In this document: one piece after another, positions 51,261 to 64,000 of the stretch | How positions within the stretch are numbered: the stretch's first letter is position 1 | How the letters are laid out: each line of letters starts with the position of its first letter | Assembly (NCBI GenBank): GCA_013265495.1 | Contig: MU058065.1 | Location: forward strand, 4,996,976-5,060,975 | Reading direction: 5' to 3' | DNA: 64,000 nt | From: Vicugna vicugna | Taxonomy: Eukaryota | The notes under the pieces: generated by a model | Database searches by the model: none | The model's input: only the letters and a program-made list of their open reading frames with translations | Told to the model about the DNA's origin: nothing | Program-made: the position numbers and the translations under genes

Positions 51261-51329
51261 ACTCACAGAGCTGATTGTCCCACTGTGGCTGGATTAAGAA
51301 AGATGATTATCAGACAGTCAGAATCCAAA

Positions 51330-51690
51330 GTGGTACCAAAGAGAGGTGGGAACATTAAGCTACACATTTGTATTTCAGATTATCTTCTTCTTCCACATCC
51401 TTGCGAGTAGCATGACCAGGTGACTTGATGTGGTCAGTGAAACATGAGCATGAGATACGAGCACATTTCTAGACAGGAGCACGTGAGAGTTGGAGCACAA
51501 AACTCCATGCTCTCACCCCACCCCCTGCCTCTGCCATCATGGGAACACATGGCAATGTGGTGGCCCCACAACAGCAAAGTCTAACAAAGAAGACAGGTGT
51601 CCTGGAAAGACATCCAGACTCACAGAGAACTTTGTATAAGAGATAAATAAATTTTGTCATGTGAAACTACTCCTATTTTGGTTCTAGATT
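51330..51690 (+). mobile_element. MLT1I/J-type MaLR LTR
   Basis: gaccaggtgacttgatgtggtcagtgaaacatgagc...ctttgtataagagataaataaattttgtcatgtgaaactact. Confidence 0.65.
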
Positions 51691-53054
51691 AAAATGAGAC
51701 AGAGGGGGAAAAATCCACCACAGGAGAGATGATTTCAATTCCCAGGATAAGAGTCAAGGATATCTTGGGACGATAGTTTGGTGACATACTCTTGTTTCCA
51801 GAGGAGCAAGTCAGAAGGCTCCAGGAAAGACATTTTCAGAAACAGGAAATGAGTGTGTTTCTAATGAGTCTGAATTCTTGAGAAGCGAGTTAGACAATCG
51901 GCAAAGATTTTGAAGTTAAATTCCTGATCAATACAGAGGAAACTAGCATATATTAAAGCAAGATGATTCTTAACTACCAGAAAGGAGTTTTACAGTGAAG
52001 AAGAGTTATAACCATCGGTTGTGAGGCTCTGCCACAAACAACATTTACTTAGTTATAAATATGTAACCCTGCATAGTGATCTAAGAAAGTACACTATTTT
52101 AGGGAAATGGTAGAATGAGAAGTGTGTGCACGGGAGAAAGGGACAGTGAAAGAATATTTTTTTTAATTAATGAACTTGCAGAGTAGGAAGTAAATAAAAT
52201 GACTAAAATTGAAAAGAAGTTTAAAAACATCAATTCAGTAATGCTACTTGGAAACATGAAGGTAAATACCAAAATAATCAACCAAAAGTGTTGAAAGTGG
52301 TTACCTCCGAGGTAGGGAAATTGTGAAGTAAGATTGTGCTGTTTTCCGTAACACATTTTATACTATTTGTCTGTAAACTATTTGCACATATAACTTAAAA
52401 TAATACAGTGAATAACAATCACCACACTTTCTTTTAGCTATAATTCTGCTAGTTCAGCGTTCACCTCCTTATGCACTGTTGGGTTTAGGGAATGACTCTT
52501 ATGTTTAGTGTAACTACATCTATGTTTGTATTACATAGTTTCAAATGAGTCTCGTAACAGTAAATGACGGGGTATTATTATTATTTCAAGGTCTCAGGGT
52601 TACCAATTGTCTGGCCAAATTGTAAGCCCCACTCTCTTCCATCACAACACATTGCCTTCAACATGTCGTGGCTTTATGGAAAGTTGAAGTGGTCAAGGAG
52701 TGAAAAATGAAGATTTGAGTTAAAGTTGTGATATCAGGCAAACTGAAATGGCTTTGACTAGATTTGAACATTATGGCCTCATAATTAAAGGCTCTTAAAA
52801 GAAAAATCAGGGCTATATTAATTTACAATCAGGATAGTGAACAGTCATTGAAAGAACATGGGGGAAGATCTAGGCAAAGTAAATGGAATTTTCTGTCACT
52901 ACCTCAAAAGTGTGTTCATTCCCAAAGTCTTTTAAGTACCTACTAAGCCCCAGACAACATGCAAGACACTGGGGTCAATGTCAACACGCTGGAGTCTTTG
53001 GCCTTAATGCTACCTCTCCCTCTGCAGCTCTTATCATCATTATAATTTTGCATT

Positions 53055-53200
53055 TATTGATATGGTGCTTTGTTTGTTGCCAGGAATTGCATCTGTTTTT
53101 ACTCAATGTTCTATCTTCTGTATCTAGCAAGACACTTGAAATATAGAAGTGTTCAATTCGTATTTGTTTAATGAATGAACAGATGAATGGATAAATAAAC
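53055..53200 (+). mobile_element. L2 3' terminus
   Basis: tatctagcaagacacttgaaatatagaagtgttcaattcgtatttgtttaatgaatgaacagatgaatgg. Confidence 0.65.
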
Positions 53201-53928
53201 AAGAGGACATGTGGTCAGCAATGAACTTGGGTCAGATGGACAACGTGTAGGATTGGGACAGTGCCAATCAAACTACTTTCCATATTTCCCACATCCAGCT
53301 CTTTCCTGCGGTGGTTTTCTACTTGCTCTGAAAAGTCACTGTTTGTACTTTGTGGCTAAATGATGAACTCTGGAGAGTAGTGACCATGTGCCAACCTTCT
53401 GGATCCCTCAGAGTATACATCATAAGACTGGACATAGACCACATACAGAACTGAACACATACTACAGGATGAGTACAGCCAGTCCAGCAGCCCTTGTGGT
53501 CACACCCTCACCACTGTGCACGAAAGTTAATCCACAGCACAAGGCTGAATATGCAAGACAGGAAAGGCTGTTCACGATTCTCTTCTTATCTAAACACTTC
53601 TGACCACACATGAAAACCCTGAACAGAGGGAGGATCAAAAAATAATTCTACCACACTTATTTAGAAAGGATGTAGGATGTGAAAAACTCTTTTAAATGTA
53701 TTAATTTATTCATTTGTCTTCGTTAACTCAATAAATATCTATTGAGTATCTACAGCTGTCTCTAACCCAGCACTGTACTGTGAGGTAGCCCAGGACTGGA
53801 GTCGTATATTCTCACAATATTATAATAAAGCATACAGTCAACATTGCACTTAGAAGGACATCTATTAAAATGAGAGAATTTATCAAGAATGAATCTTCTC
53901 ACCTACTTACTTTTCCCCAAAAAAATGT

Positions 53929-53970
53929 TATCTATCTATCTATCTGTCTGTCTATCTATCTATCTGTCTA
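53929..53970. repeat. Compound (TATC)n/(TGTC)n microsatellite
   Basis: tatctatctatctatctgtctgtctatctatctatctgtcta, read directly. Confidence 0.95.
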
Positions 53971-54324
53971 ATCATATAGTATCATGTCACCAATATAAAG
54001 ATCTATAGAGAAAGGTCATCATTTGCAGCTTCTCCTTTTGCCTTTTAAGATTATCTAACAAAAAACAACTGGTATATCTTGCATGTGACTTTGAATTCAT
54101 GTGCAACCTGAGTAAATTTGTTGAACAACTGGAGGAAAAAGAAAAACCATCCACCCTCTTTTCTTCAATTACACAAAAGCAGTAAATGATCATTGGAAAG
54201 AATTTTGTTTCTGCTGTGATTGGCCCTCATGAAGTCTTCATGACCCAACAGACAACCAGATGTTTCCCTAGCAATAGATAAGGACTGCAAGAAATAGTTC
54301 TGCTATTTGTAATATTCTATCTGT

Positions 54325-54790
54325 AATATTCCAACAAGCATTTGTTGAGCAACTACCATGAATCAAACATTACACTAGATACTGGAGAGACAGAAAATGA
54401 AAAAATAAAATATCCCACTCCTTTTAGGGGCTGACTTCCTAGGAGTCAGGATTGACAGGTAAGCAATTATCATGGAAGGTTATCAGACATAATAAATGTG
54501 AGGTTAAGTTCTATGTGGAAGTGTTTACTCTGGCCAGAAGTGGTCATTAAAATGGGCCTGGAAGGATAAGTAGGACTTGCCAGGGGAAGAAAAAATTGAG
54601 ATGGAAAGGGCATTTCAGGCAGCAAAAACAGCACATGCAAAACTCCAAAGTTCAACTGAGAACCTTGAATATTACCAAATATGTTTAAGGAGAGTACAAA
54701 TGGAGTGAATAATGCTGGGGAAGGAAGTCAGAGTCAAATAGTAAAAAACCTTCTTTTCCCATAAAAAGAATTTGGGACTTATGTAAATGG
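54325..54790 (-). mobile_element. L2 3' region
   Basis: ttccaacaagcatttgttgagcaactaccatg...gggcatttcaggcagcaaaaacagcacatgcaaa. Confidence 0.8.
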
Positions 54791-55324
54791 GATACACAGT
54801 GAAACTTACAGTAAATTTCTTTGGTTAAAAACAAAAAGCGAAATGTCAATTCCACATCTCAAGCAATTACTATGTCCTGATGCTACTGTATTTCTTAATA
54901 TTGTCCTAAAAGAACAATTCTAGAGCAAATTACTTGCTCTGTCTCTCATAACTGCCTCAAAAGCCAAAATGACTTAAATCCTGAGACACAAGTAAAAGTA
55001 TCTGTGGTTTTACTTCAGATGATTATATTGGAGTTGAATTATTAGGAAAAAAAATCCCATAAGAGGGCATAAAATTAACTGCCACTTATATATTTTCCAT
55101 TTGGGAAATTATATATTTGTCATGTTGAGCTTCAAATGTAAGTTTTTAACAAAACCTTCTGTTCTTCCATGTATTTAAAAATACAATGTAGGTTTCTGAA
55201 GCAGACCAACAGGAACAAGTATGGGTAGCAAATGGATAGCCACTTTTTCTCAGAGCCCTCAAAACCAGGAGATTCCTTTAAAGAAGTGTTATTATAATCC
55301 AGTCATGACACTGGAAATCATATC

Positions 55325-56450
55325 ACATCTAATGAAAATTTTTATAATTCTGGTCTTCAAAAGACAAAATCAAAATGCAAGCCACAAACTGTGAGAGTAT
55401 GGCTGCAAAAGACACAGCTGATAAAGGACTATTATCCAAAATACACACACACACAAAAAAAACTTAAAATTCAACAGTAAGAAAACAAAAACCTAATTTA
55501 AAAATGGGGCTAAAATCTGAACAGACACCTCATCTGCAGATGACAAATAAGCAAGTGAAAAGGTGTGCAACGTTATATACCATTAAGGAACTGCAAATTA
55601 AAACAATAAGATACCACTACACACCTATAAGAATGGCCCAAATTGAAAAACTGTGACAATATCAAATGCTGACAAGGATGTGGAGCAACCGGAACTCTTT
55701 TATTGCCAGTGGGAATGCAAAATGGTACAGTCACTTTGGAAGAAAGTTGGCAGGTTCTCACAAAGCTAAAATAGTCTTCTATGATCCAGCAATCAAATTC
55801 CTAGATATTTGCCCAACCAGACTGAAGATCTATGTCCACAGAGAAACTTCCATGCAAATGATTATAGCAGCTTTGTTCGTAATTACCCAAAACTCGAGAC
55901 AACCAAGATGTCCTTCAGTAGACAAATGGATAAACAAACCATAGTACGTCCTTACAGTGGAATATTATTCAGTAATAAAAAGAAAGAGCTATTAAGCCAT
56001 AAAGAACCATGGAAGAATTTTAAATGCACATTGTTAAGTGAATGAAGCCAGTCTGACAGGCTATATACATTACGTGATTCTAACCATGTGATGTTGTGGG
56101 AAAAGGTAAAACTATAGAGACAGTAAAGAGATCAGTGGTTGTCATGGATTTTGTTGGGAGTCGTGGGGAGGAGGAGGGATGAACAGGTGGAGCAAAGGAT
56201 GTTTATGGTGGTGAACCTACTCTCTACGGTACTGTAACGGTGGATATGTCATGCTTTAGTTAATAAATACTTAATAATAATACGTCAGTGTTGACTCATT
56301 GATGGTAACACATGTACCACTTTAATACAAGATGTTAACACTAGAGGAAACCAGGCGGAGGAGCGGTTATGGGATTGTTCCATACTCCCTTCTCAATTCT
56401 TCTATAGATCTGAAACTATTCCAAAAAAAGTTTATTAATTTTTTTTAAAA
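55325..56450 (+). mobile_element. L1MC1/2-type ORF2 C-terminus and 3' UTR
   Basis: ORF 55666-55944 contains YDPAIKFLDICP...IIAALFVITQNSRQPRCPSVDKWINK (L1 ORF2 C-terminus), followed by an L1MC-type 3' UTR. Confidence 0.9.
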
Positions 56451-56697
56451 GGTGATAAGAATAATCTTATTAAGGAACAATTATTTTTTAATCTCTAACA
56501 CAACTCCAAGCTGACTGCTTACTGAAAAGTGGAATTTGGCCCCCAAATAGTTTGAACCAGCTCATGCAAGCCCACTGGAAAGGCCCCCAACCACCACAAA
56601 ATAACTAATAGGACAAGGCAGAGAAGGTCTTAGACTGCTGGACCCACTGCCAAATGGGAGCCCCACATACGTGTATGTGCTGGTAATGGTATGGTAC

Positions 56698-57253
56698 TAC
56701 ATTAATTTTCTAGGATTGTGTAACGAATTATCACTACCGTAGTGACTGAACACTGCACGCATTTATTGGGTTACAGTTGTTTGTGAGCCAGAAATCCGGA
56801 CACGGGGCAGTCCTCTGCTCAGGGTCTCTCAGCTGTTGAATGGGCTGCTTTTCATCTGGAGGCTCAACAGGGCAAGAACCTGCTTCCACGCTTGTTCAGA
56901 TTGTTGGCAGAGGTTACTGCAGTGTGTGACTGAGGGCCCTGGCTTCCTGCTGGCTGTGTGCTGGAGGCTGCCTTCAGGTCCCAGAGGGAGTCCCACCCAC
57001 CCCTCCTTGCCGCGGGGCCTCCTCAACACGTCTGCTTCCTCCATCAGGCCAGCCAAGGAACTCTGCAGTCTGCTCAGAAGGAGTCCTACAGCACAACGGA
57101 ATCACAGGAGTGACAGTCCATCACCTCTGCCATGTTCTGCTGGTTAGAAACAAGACACACATCCCACACATGCTCAGGAAGGGGGAACTGCACAAATGCA
57201 TGGACTGTAGGAGGTGGCAGCCCACTGGAAATCCCTCAGGGTCTGTCGGCCGC
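56698..57253 (-). mobile_element. MLT1E-type MaLR LTR
   Basis: attgtgtaacgaattatcac...tcctctgctcagggtctc...gactgagggccctggcttcctgctggctg...atcacaggagtgacagtccatcacctctgccatgttct. Confidence 0.85.
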
Positions 57254-58064
57254 ATATGCCAACTGGAGGATTGCAAAAACAGGAGCTAAAAACCAGAGAC
57301 ACTGGAGCTTGCAGCCTTGTGGAGAAGCTTCAGATCTGTGTTCAGCCCACTGGATAAAGTTTTGACTGAATGGATGGGATTATCTGTCAGTGTGTACCCT
57401 CAGGCTTTACTGAAACAATGAATATGCAAAATACGCAGGTGTTTGCACTTCTAAACTGAACCGCAGGCTCGTTTTGTTTATTCTTTTCATTGAAGGATAA
57501 TAGTAACATCAAACGCGTTATGTATCACCTATTCTGTGTGAGATACTGTACTATGTCTCAATGAATCACTGTTTTCAAAAAAAGTTACAAAAATGAACGG
57601 AAACACAGAGCTGCTTCAGGGCTAGTAAGCGACAGAGCCAAGATCCAAACCAGGGAGGCTGCCCTGTCTCTTGATTATTTCTAGCTGATGTGAAATGGTG
57701 ACATGAAGGATGGGCAAAACGCTCTACAAGGTCATGAAATTTGAAAAGAAAAAAAAAAAGTTATCAGAAAAATTATTGTCCTATCACGTCTAAAGCCCAC
57801 TTTCCCCAGCACAACTCTTTACCATCTGGTTCATTCACAGATTTTAATGAATGCTACTAGATCAAATTTTAGAGTGCGATAGTCCATCTGCTATAACTGA
57901 GGCTGTGGAAGTAATAACTTTTACATGCTGCTAGTCAATAACCAAGACTTATTGCTCAATTCCTATCTCTAATCTACGAGCCGTAATCATTGATGTCCCC
58001 ATGACAACAAACCTAATTTTTAAAAGTGCGGTATTGCTAATACATATACAGGTATGTAGGTAAA

Positions 58065-58300
58065 TTTCTGACATGTGAATTTGCTAAGTATGTGGCGCTG
58101 CAAGGTTTTTTTTTTTCTAGATATAGATGTGATGGAGGGAATAAAAATGAATATGGATTCTTTCTGCCCCCAAGGAGTTTATAATCCAGTTGGAGAGGCA
58201 GGCGTCTAATGACTATCATAAAAGACAGAAGGAAATAAGCACTGCTAATAGAGGAATAAGCAAGATGGTTTGGGAGCACAGAGGAAGTAGGGATGGGTGT
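58065..58300 (-). mobile_element. L2 3' region
   Basis: ctgcccccaaggagtttataatccagttggagagg...tttgggagcacagaggaag. Confidence 0.7.
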
Positions 58301-58774
58301 TTCAGAACGAGTCAGATGTCAAACTTGCTCCCAGTCCTTACCTTACTGCCACCTTCTCTGAGATCTGAAAACATCAACTTTTAAAAGCTCTACTGTCAAT
58401 TCAGAGAACAAAGGAGGGAATACTAGAGAGGCCACGAAAACCATTAGCAATTGCTGGAGCCACAGGGAGGAGGATCAGACACTGTACCTCCTTCCACAGC
58501 ATTTGCTTGTTACTCATCAGTAAGGAAGGTTCTTTGAAAGACTGACACCAAGAGACAGCCTTCTTTGTGTTGAAAACTGGAGGGAAAAAGAGACTAGAAT
58601 TTCAAGGGGAGAGAATGAGCCAGAGTTCAAAGTTCTCAATTTAATACAATAACTGTAGCAGGTTTGGACCTCTGGGATAAATTTTATGCTGTGCTCCAAC
58701 AGTAAGATCACTGTATTTATCTAAATTCAAAGAATCAATTTCCAAATACTCTCGGTCGCTCAAAACTGCGGCAG

Positions 58775-58932
58775 GCATTTAGAGCATGCTTAACGTGTAT
58801 AAGAAACACATGGAAATCTTGTTGTAATGCAGATTCTGATTCAATAGATCTGGGGTTAGGAGATTATGAATTTCAAACAAGTTCCCAGGAGGCGCTGATA
58901 CTGCTGATTCATGGACCATACTTTGAGCAGCA
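58775..58932. mobile_element. MER5A/B-type element
   Basis: aatgcagattctgattcaatagatctgggg...aacaagttcccagg...ctgctgattcatggaccatactttgagcagca. Confidence 0.8.
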
Positions 58933-59290
58933 AAGACAAAGAAAAACCTTCAGTATCTTCTAAGTGTACAACCTGTTCACTCTAGATGTTCAGTTGTAGC
59001 TCAGTTGGTTTATAGACTGAGTGACTTCAGAATGGATTAGGACGAAGAGAAGAATTTTGAAAGTAGGTCTTTTAACTGGTGACTTACCATGAAGAAGACT
59101 ATATTCTGTTTCACTGCATGACACAAAATATTCTTGTAAGATATGATTCTTCAAGAAATATGTATACATCTGTGCTAAGTTTTTCAGCATATTTCAGAGA
59201 ATTATTTAGTTTTAATTCTATCTTTGCTCATATGAACCTTTACCATCCTTTAATATATATTAAAAATAAATTCTACATCTTGATTTTAAT

Positions 59291-59736
59291 TAGAGCATAT
59301 CCAGATTTTAAGGAATGTGAATCTTATAAAAAAAATTTGGAAAGCTTTAAGAAAAATACTATCAAATTATAAATAGAAAACTAGGTATGAAAGTGAATAT
59401 ATATTTAGTTTTTTGGGGGGGGTGGTAATTAGGTTTATTTATTTAATTTTTTTTCTTTTAAGTGGAGGTACTAAGGATTGAGCCCAGGACCTCATGCATG
59501 CTAAACATGCGCTCTACCACCTGATCTATACCCTCCCCCAATATATATTTAGAAAATAGGCTCAGGGCCACCCCAGACTCATAGGCCATGAGGAGACATG
59601 TCACAGAGTAAGTGCTGGAGTGGACAGTGGCCTTAACCAGCTGTGGTTAAATATCCTTCTTGTAATTACTCTCCCAGGGCCTTGGATGAGGCTTCAAAGC
59701 TTAAGTTTTCATTGCTTCACAGTAAATGTGTCTCTG
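59291..59736 (-). mobile_element. Arthur1-type hAT-Tip100 element split by a SINE
   Basis: Right end aagcttaagttttcattgcttcacagtaaatgtgtctctg is the reverse complement of the terminus seen at 39038. Internal ttaaccagctgtggttaaatatc. Confidence 0.7.
59409..59539 (-). mobile_element. Camelid tRNA-Ala-derived SINE (vic-1 type) with a perfect 13-bp TSD
   Basis: Minus strand reads ggggagggtatagatcaggtggtagagcgcatgtttagcatgcatgaggtcctgggctcaatcc... TSD aatatatatttag at 59396-59408 and 59540-59552. Confidence 0.95.
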
Positions 59737-62714
59737 GTTCATTCAACTTTTGATTAGTTGAGCTGGAGTATGTCTATTAATGTTCTTTCAAAATAGGCAA
59801 ATTGGTAGTATAACCATAAATATTTAAGTACTTTCATAAATATTTTAGTAAAACTATTTCAGTCATTAGAAAAGAAAAATGCTATTTTTCCAAAAATATA
59901 CACAGAAATACAAAGAAAACAGATCAAAATAATAATTTGTATTATCTTTTTTAAGGGTATTACTTTGCCAGTCACAGGCAGTCTCTGATTTAGAAATGTT
60001 CTCTGGAAAGGCAACTCTTTAGAACTCCGAGCAGCACAAAGGTTTCATATTTACTTTCTCAGGGCAGCCCTCAAGAAGTCTGTTTATTCCACAATATGTA
60101 TTCTATAATCATGTAGGATGCAAAATCTACATTAACAACTTTCTAATATCATATTCCTCTGCCCTGGGATGTCTAGAACGTTTCTAACAGGATCTGGGGC
60201 TTCTAGAGACCTCCAGCCCTTCCTGTTCATTGCAAAGAGGGCACTGCAACTTCTCCAGCCCCGGGTCAATGGCAGCAGCAACTGTATGCTACAGCAGGGA
60301 AGAAAACAGGGTAGAAGGTAAGGGGGTGAGTGAGGACTTCTCACACCTCCCTCAGAATAGCCTCAGTCCAAGCCCAACTCTCCAGGCATCCTTCTTTTCC
60401 TGAAGAAAGTCCCAGAAGGCAGTCTCCTCCTCCCTTTGTCATGTGCTACTTCCAGCAAGGCTTCTCCTCCTTTGACCGGTGGGAGACATGACATTTTATC
60501 CCAGCCTCTTTCTTTTCCTCCCATTCCCAGCATAATAGCAGTCTTTGCACTTTTTAAACATGGCTGTGATGGCACTTGCAGAAGAAAAGGATTGGAACAG
60601 GAAGGTTCTTTTTTATGCACAGAGGCCCTGGGTAGGGTATGAAAGAAAAGAGTGAGGTCTTTCTCATTGTATGAAAAAAAAAATGCAGTCTCAGACTTAG
60701 CTATTCCAGGTGTATCATCATAGAAGTCAAAGCCAGACGCTAGGAGGGGCGTGGAATGGGCCTTAGAATACAAGGAATGAACTGATGAGTTGGGTCCAGG
60801 AAAGCTGCGGAGGGTACTAAGCTTGGGGGCAGGGTAGTGACATGGGGGCCCCCTTCCCCTCACTCTTCACCTCCAACCACGTCTACCACCCAGACACTTC
60901 CGTAGATCCTTGTGGAGCAGCATAGGGAGAAGCACGGGGGAGTGGAGGACAAGAGCAGGGGTGTAGGCAGCCCTGCAGGGTGTCAGCAGTAGAGACTAGA
61001 AAATGAGAACAGCCAAAGCAAGAGCAGTGGAGAGCAGGTCTCCGCAACCACCTGCTTAGGGAGGCCGGCTCTCACCGGCGGCAAGTCCAACGTCAGGGAT
61101 GAAGACGGCAATCGTGTAGAAAGTCACATCAGACAGGGCTGGGGCAAGAAAGCTGGGGGGACTGACTCCTGCTCCTTGAGGTTCAGAATGCCTCCATAAA
61201 GATTTCTTTTTTCCCAGTGAAGTATGCTACCTGTGAAATCTTCATCTTCTTTCCTGACACTATCCCCGTGCTCTTGGAACCAAAACATTACCGACTTTCA
61301 CAAACACAGTTACCCAGCTAAATAAAGTCCTGGACTCTGGATCAGCCTCGAATCTAAAGAAAAGTTTTACCCAGGGGGGAGTGTGTCCAGACAACCTTCG
61401 CCTATCCAGGCAAGGCTTGTTTGTTCTCTCAAGAGCCCCTAGGTGGAAGCCCCGGGGACGGGCAGTGCCGACGGGCCCTAGAATTCACACCCCACCCCCA
61501 GGATCCAACACTTCCGTTTAATTTCCTATGCGCTCTCTCCCCACTCACTTTAATTAAGGGAAAGCAATTTCTCAGCTCTTATTTAGAGAGAAATTTGATG
61601 GATTCCCCAGAACTATGGTTACATTCTCATTCATTGCAGGCCACTTGTTTGTGTGGCCCATAAGTGACATCATTGAGGACCCATGATAGAGACTCCCTGG
61701 GGCCTCAAGGGACCAGAATCAACCAACATTCACAAATCAGCCACAATCTCTTTATGACAGCAGCAGTGATTTACAGCCTTTCCCTTGGACACTGTCACCA
61801 TCTTTGGCTGCCACCATGTTTCCAACACACCACACGTAGGCTCGTAACACAGGCACAAGTTTCTAAGGCCCAAGACCCTTTGGGCTTCATGGGGGGGACC
61901 ATTATTTCTTATTGTGTGGCCTTTCCGCCTCCACACACAGAACCTATACAACCAGGTAAATTGATGGTCTGGCTTGTTCTTCCCAGGCCATCTGTCTCTG
62001 AACATAATCAAGTACAATCTTTATATTCTCAGGCCACACCAGCCCGGGTGTAAAAATGAGGTCAGTATTTATCTCTCTCTGCTTTGACCTGTTCAAAAAG
62101 GCCCTCCAGTCTCTTCATCCCGCCAAATTTTTCTGAGAGTCCTTGGAAGATATATAATGTGTGACATCAAACACAGCCCATTCTGCTAGAACACAGAATC
62201 TACCCTTTTCCTCCTCCAGAGGAAATATCCGCCAACAGAGTCTCCGGACCCATCGTGCACAAGGGAAGTGCTCCTCGCTCCAGGAGTCCTGGGAAGGACC
62301 ACAGTGCCCAAGTCATGCCTTAGCATCACATCACCTGTGCCAGTGCTGTCTTGACATGGTTTTGCGGCAATAATGGGATTTAATCTGACAGGCTAGGGCT
62401 TTCCTAAGAGGGTGACATCGCTGCCCTTGCTGCTGGTACCAGCACGGTGGTCCTGGGTTCCTTCAGTGCCAAAGTCAGCAGTACCCCAGGTGCCACAGAC
62501 ACCACGGCATTCAAGAGGCTAGCTGTGCCCTCTAACCTCTTTCTCTATCTTGGCATCAGTCACGGTTACATCAGAGGACTCCAAGCAGCACTTCCCTAGG
62601 CCCCCCAGGTCTCAAGCCCCTTCTGCTTTTACCACATTTATCTCTCTCTGCAGGTCCTGAGCACAGAAACATGGCAAGAAGCAGCCTGCAGACAGTGTGA
62701 ACTAGAGACACAAC

Positions 62715-62925
62715 GATAAATTAGGACTATGGGATTAACAACAGATACAAACTATTGTACATAAAATAGATAAGCATAACACAGGGAACAGTATTCAATA
62801 TCTTGTAATAACCTATAACGGAAAATAACCTGAAAAAATACATATTTATATGTTAACAGAATCACTTTGCTGTACACCTGAAACTAACAATGTTGTAAGT
62901 CAACTATACTTCAATAAAAAAAATT
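62715..62925 (+). mobile_element. 5'-truncated cetartiodactyl L1 3' end
   Basis: gataaattagg...gggattaac...cacagggaacagtattcaatatcttgtaataacc...gctgtacacctgaaactaac...caactatacttcaataaaaaaaa; same family as 4550-5068. Confidence 0.9.
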
Positions 62926-63139
62926 TTTTAAGTCACAATGCTTTAAGCATTCGTCCATTTGTTCATCTGACACTTGTTAAGAGCCTGTTGTCTGCCTGGC
63001 CCAGTCCCAGGGCTGGATTCACAGCAGTGCATAGTATAAACCTTTGCATCCAGAGTATGTAATCTGGGGGGAACTCGGGTAAACAGTGAAGGCAGTGTGA
63101 AGAAGGTTAGGATCAGGGGGGACCAGATTCATGGGAGAG

Positions 63140-63320
63140 CCCAGCACAGTGGCTAAGGGCAGGGTTCTGCAGGTAGACTAGGAGTTAACTCTGGCCCCAG
63201 CACTCACTAGCAATGTGACCCAAGTAACTTATTTAATCTTACAATACTCTGTTGTCCTCGTCTAAAAAAATTCTGTCAACAGTTGGGGGCTGTTGGAAGT
63301 ACTGAATACAGTAAACATGC
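63140..63320 (+). mobile_element. MIR
   Basis: gcacagtggctaagggcagggttctgc...cactcactagcaatgtgaccc. Confidence 0.75.
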
Positions 63321-64000
63321 ATAGGAAGTAATCCTGAGTTTTTAACTTTGTTAAGTGACTTCAGCTAATCTGGGTTACTTAGAAATGTGTACAGTTTTAA
63401 TTGCCACTTTCAACATATTGACAAGTTATTAGTATTAGGGTATAATTTGCAACATTTGTCTGATTATCTTTAGTTTCTGGAAATCAGGAAAACAAAGTAT
63501 TATAAAATAAGAATGAAAAACCATGACCTGATTTGAGAGGTGAATATAAATTCAGAAAAGTTATTATTTAAAAAAGAAAAGATACATGCCTTTCAGGAAA
63601 GTTTAATGCAAAGAGAATCCAACCTCAGCCTGCTATAATTTCTAGGACAAAAAGGGACCTGATAGGTTTGAGATGGTGGGTGGAGAGTAATTCAACCATA
63701 ACTTTGGGTTGTTTTGTGTATATTAACACAATTATTTGATTGTCTGCTTTTCTGACCATTCAGACGGCTGTGGTGGTATTGAGTCAGTCTAAGTGTTCTA
63801 TGATGACAAAGTAGTTACAACTCCTACAACTGCAGAAATCTATGTTTTTTTACAGCAACTCATTTACTCTGCACTGATGATTTATTGCATTTGTGCACAC
63901 AGAAGTTTGCCCTGACAAGATGATGCTTACTAATTAACTTGCCAACATAGTTTTACGTAATGTAATCCAGCCATACTAAATTAAACACCCCACATTTAAT

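Larger units (their letters stand above)
49645..52405 (+). mobile_element. Near full-length HAL1 (half-L1), interrupted by two LTRs
   Basis: 5' end gacttctgtgtaaagatggctgattgaacac...ttttggaagctgg...cagatcccctccccc. ORF1-like A-rich body to about 50905. Resumes at about 51690 and ends gaaagtggttacctc...taaactatttgcacatataact. Confidence 0.75.

Noticed and set aside
1..64000. The ORF track as protein-coding genes
   Set aside because: All ORFs are short, many lie in repeats or use non-ATG starts, and none resembles a cellular protein I know. Only 12565-13229 and 55573-56045 are interpretable, as L1 remnants.

Overview
AT-rich, CpG-poor eutherian genomic DNA, most likely camelid (camel, alpaca or llama). 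The lineage call rests on two tRNA-Ala-derived vic-1-type SINEs, cetartiodactyl-type L1 3' ends and ERV1 LTRs, and no Alu, B1, Bov-A/BovB or PRE-1 copies that I could see. I cannot identify any protein-coding exon, RNA gene or CpG island, so this looks intronic or intergenic. The only ORF-track entries with recognisable protein similarity are L1 ORF2 remnants. A large fraction is interspersed repeat: MIR, L2, L3/CR1, L1M, HAL1, hAT DNA transposons, and MaLR/ERVL/ERV1 LTRs. Most notable structures: (1) two TSD-flanked composite L1 insertions with internal inversions (12393-13194 and 36162-36471); (2) a two-LTR, pol-deleted LTR16/ERVL provirus with readable gag and pro remnants (about 44300-47210); (3) an LTR nested in an LTR; (4) a near full-length HAL1; (5) a candidate recursive splice site on the minus strand; (6) several candidate enhancer motif clusters. 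Repeat subfamily names come from remembered consensus sequences and need RepeatMasker/Dfam confirmation. Boundaries are approximate unless TSDs are given. I found no evidence for a wholly new biological system.
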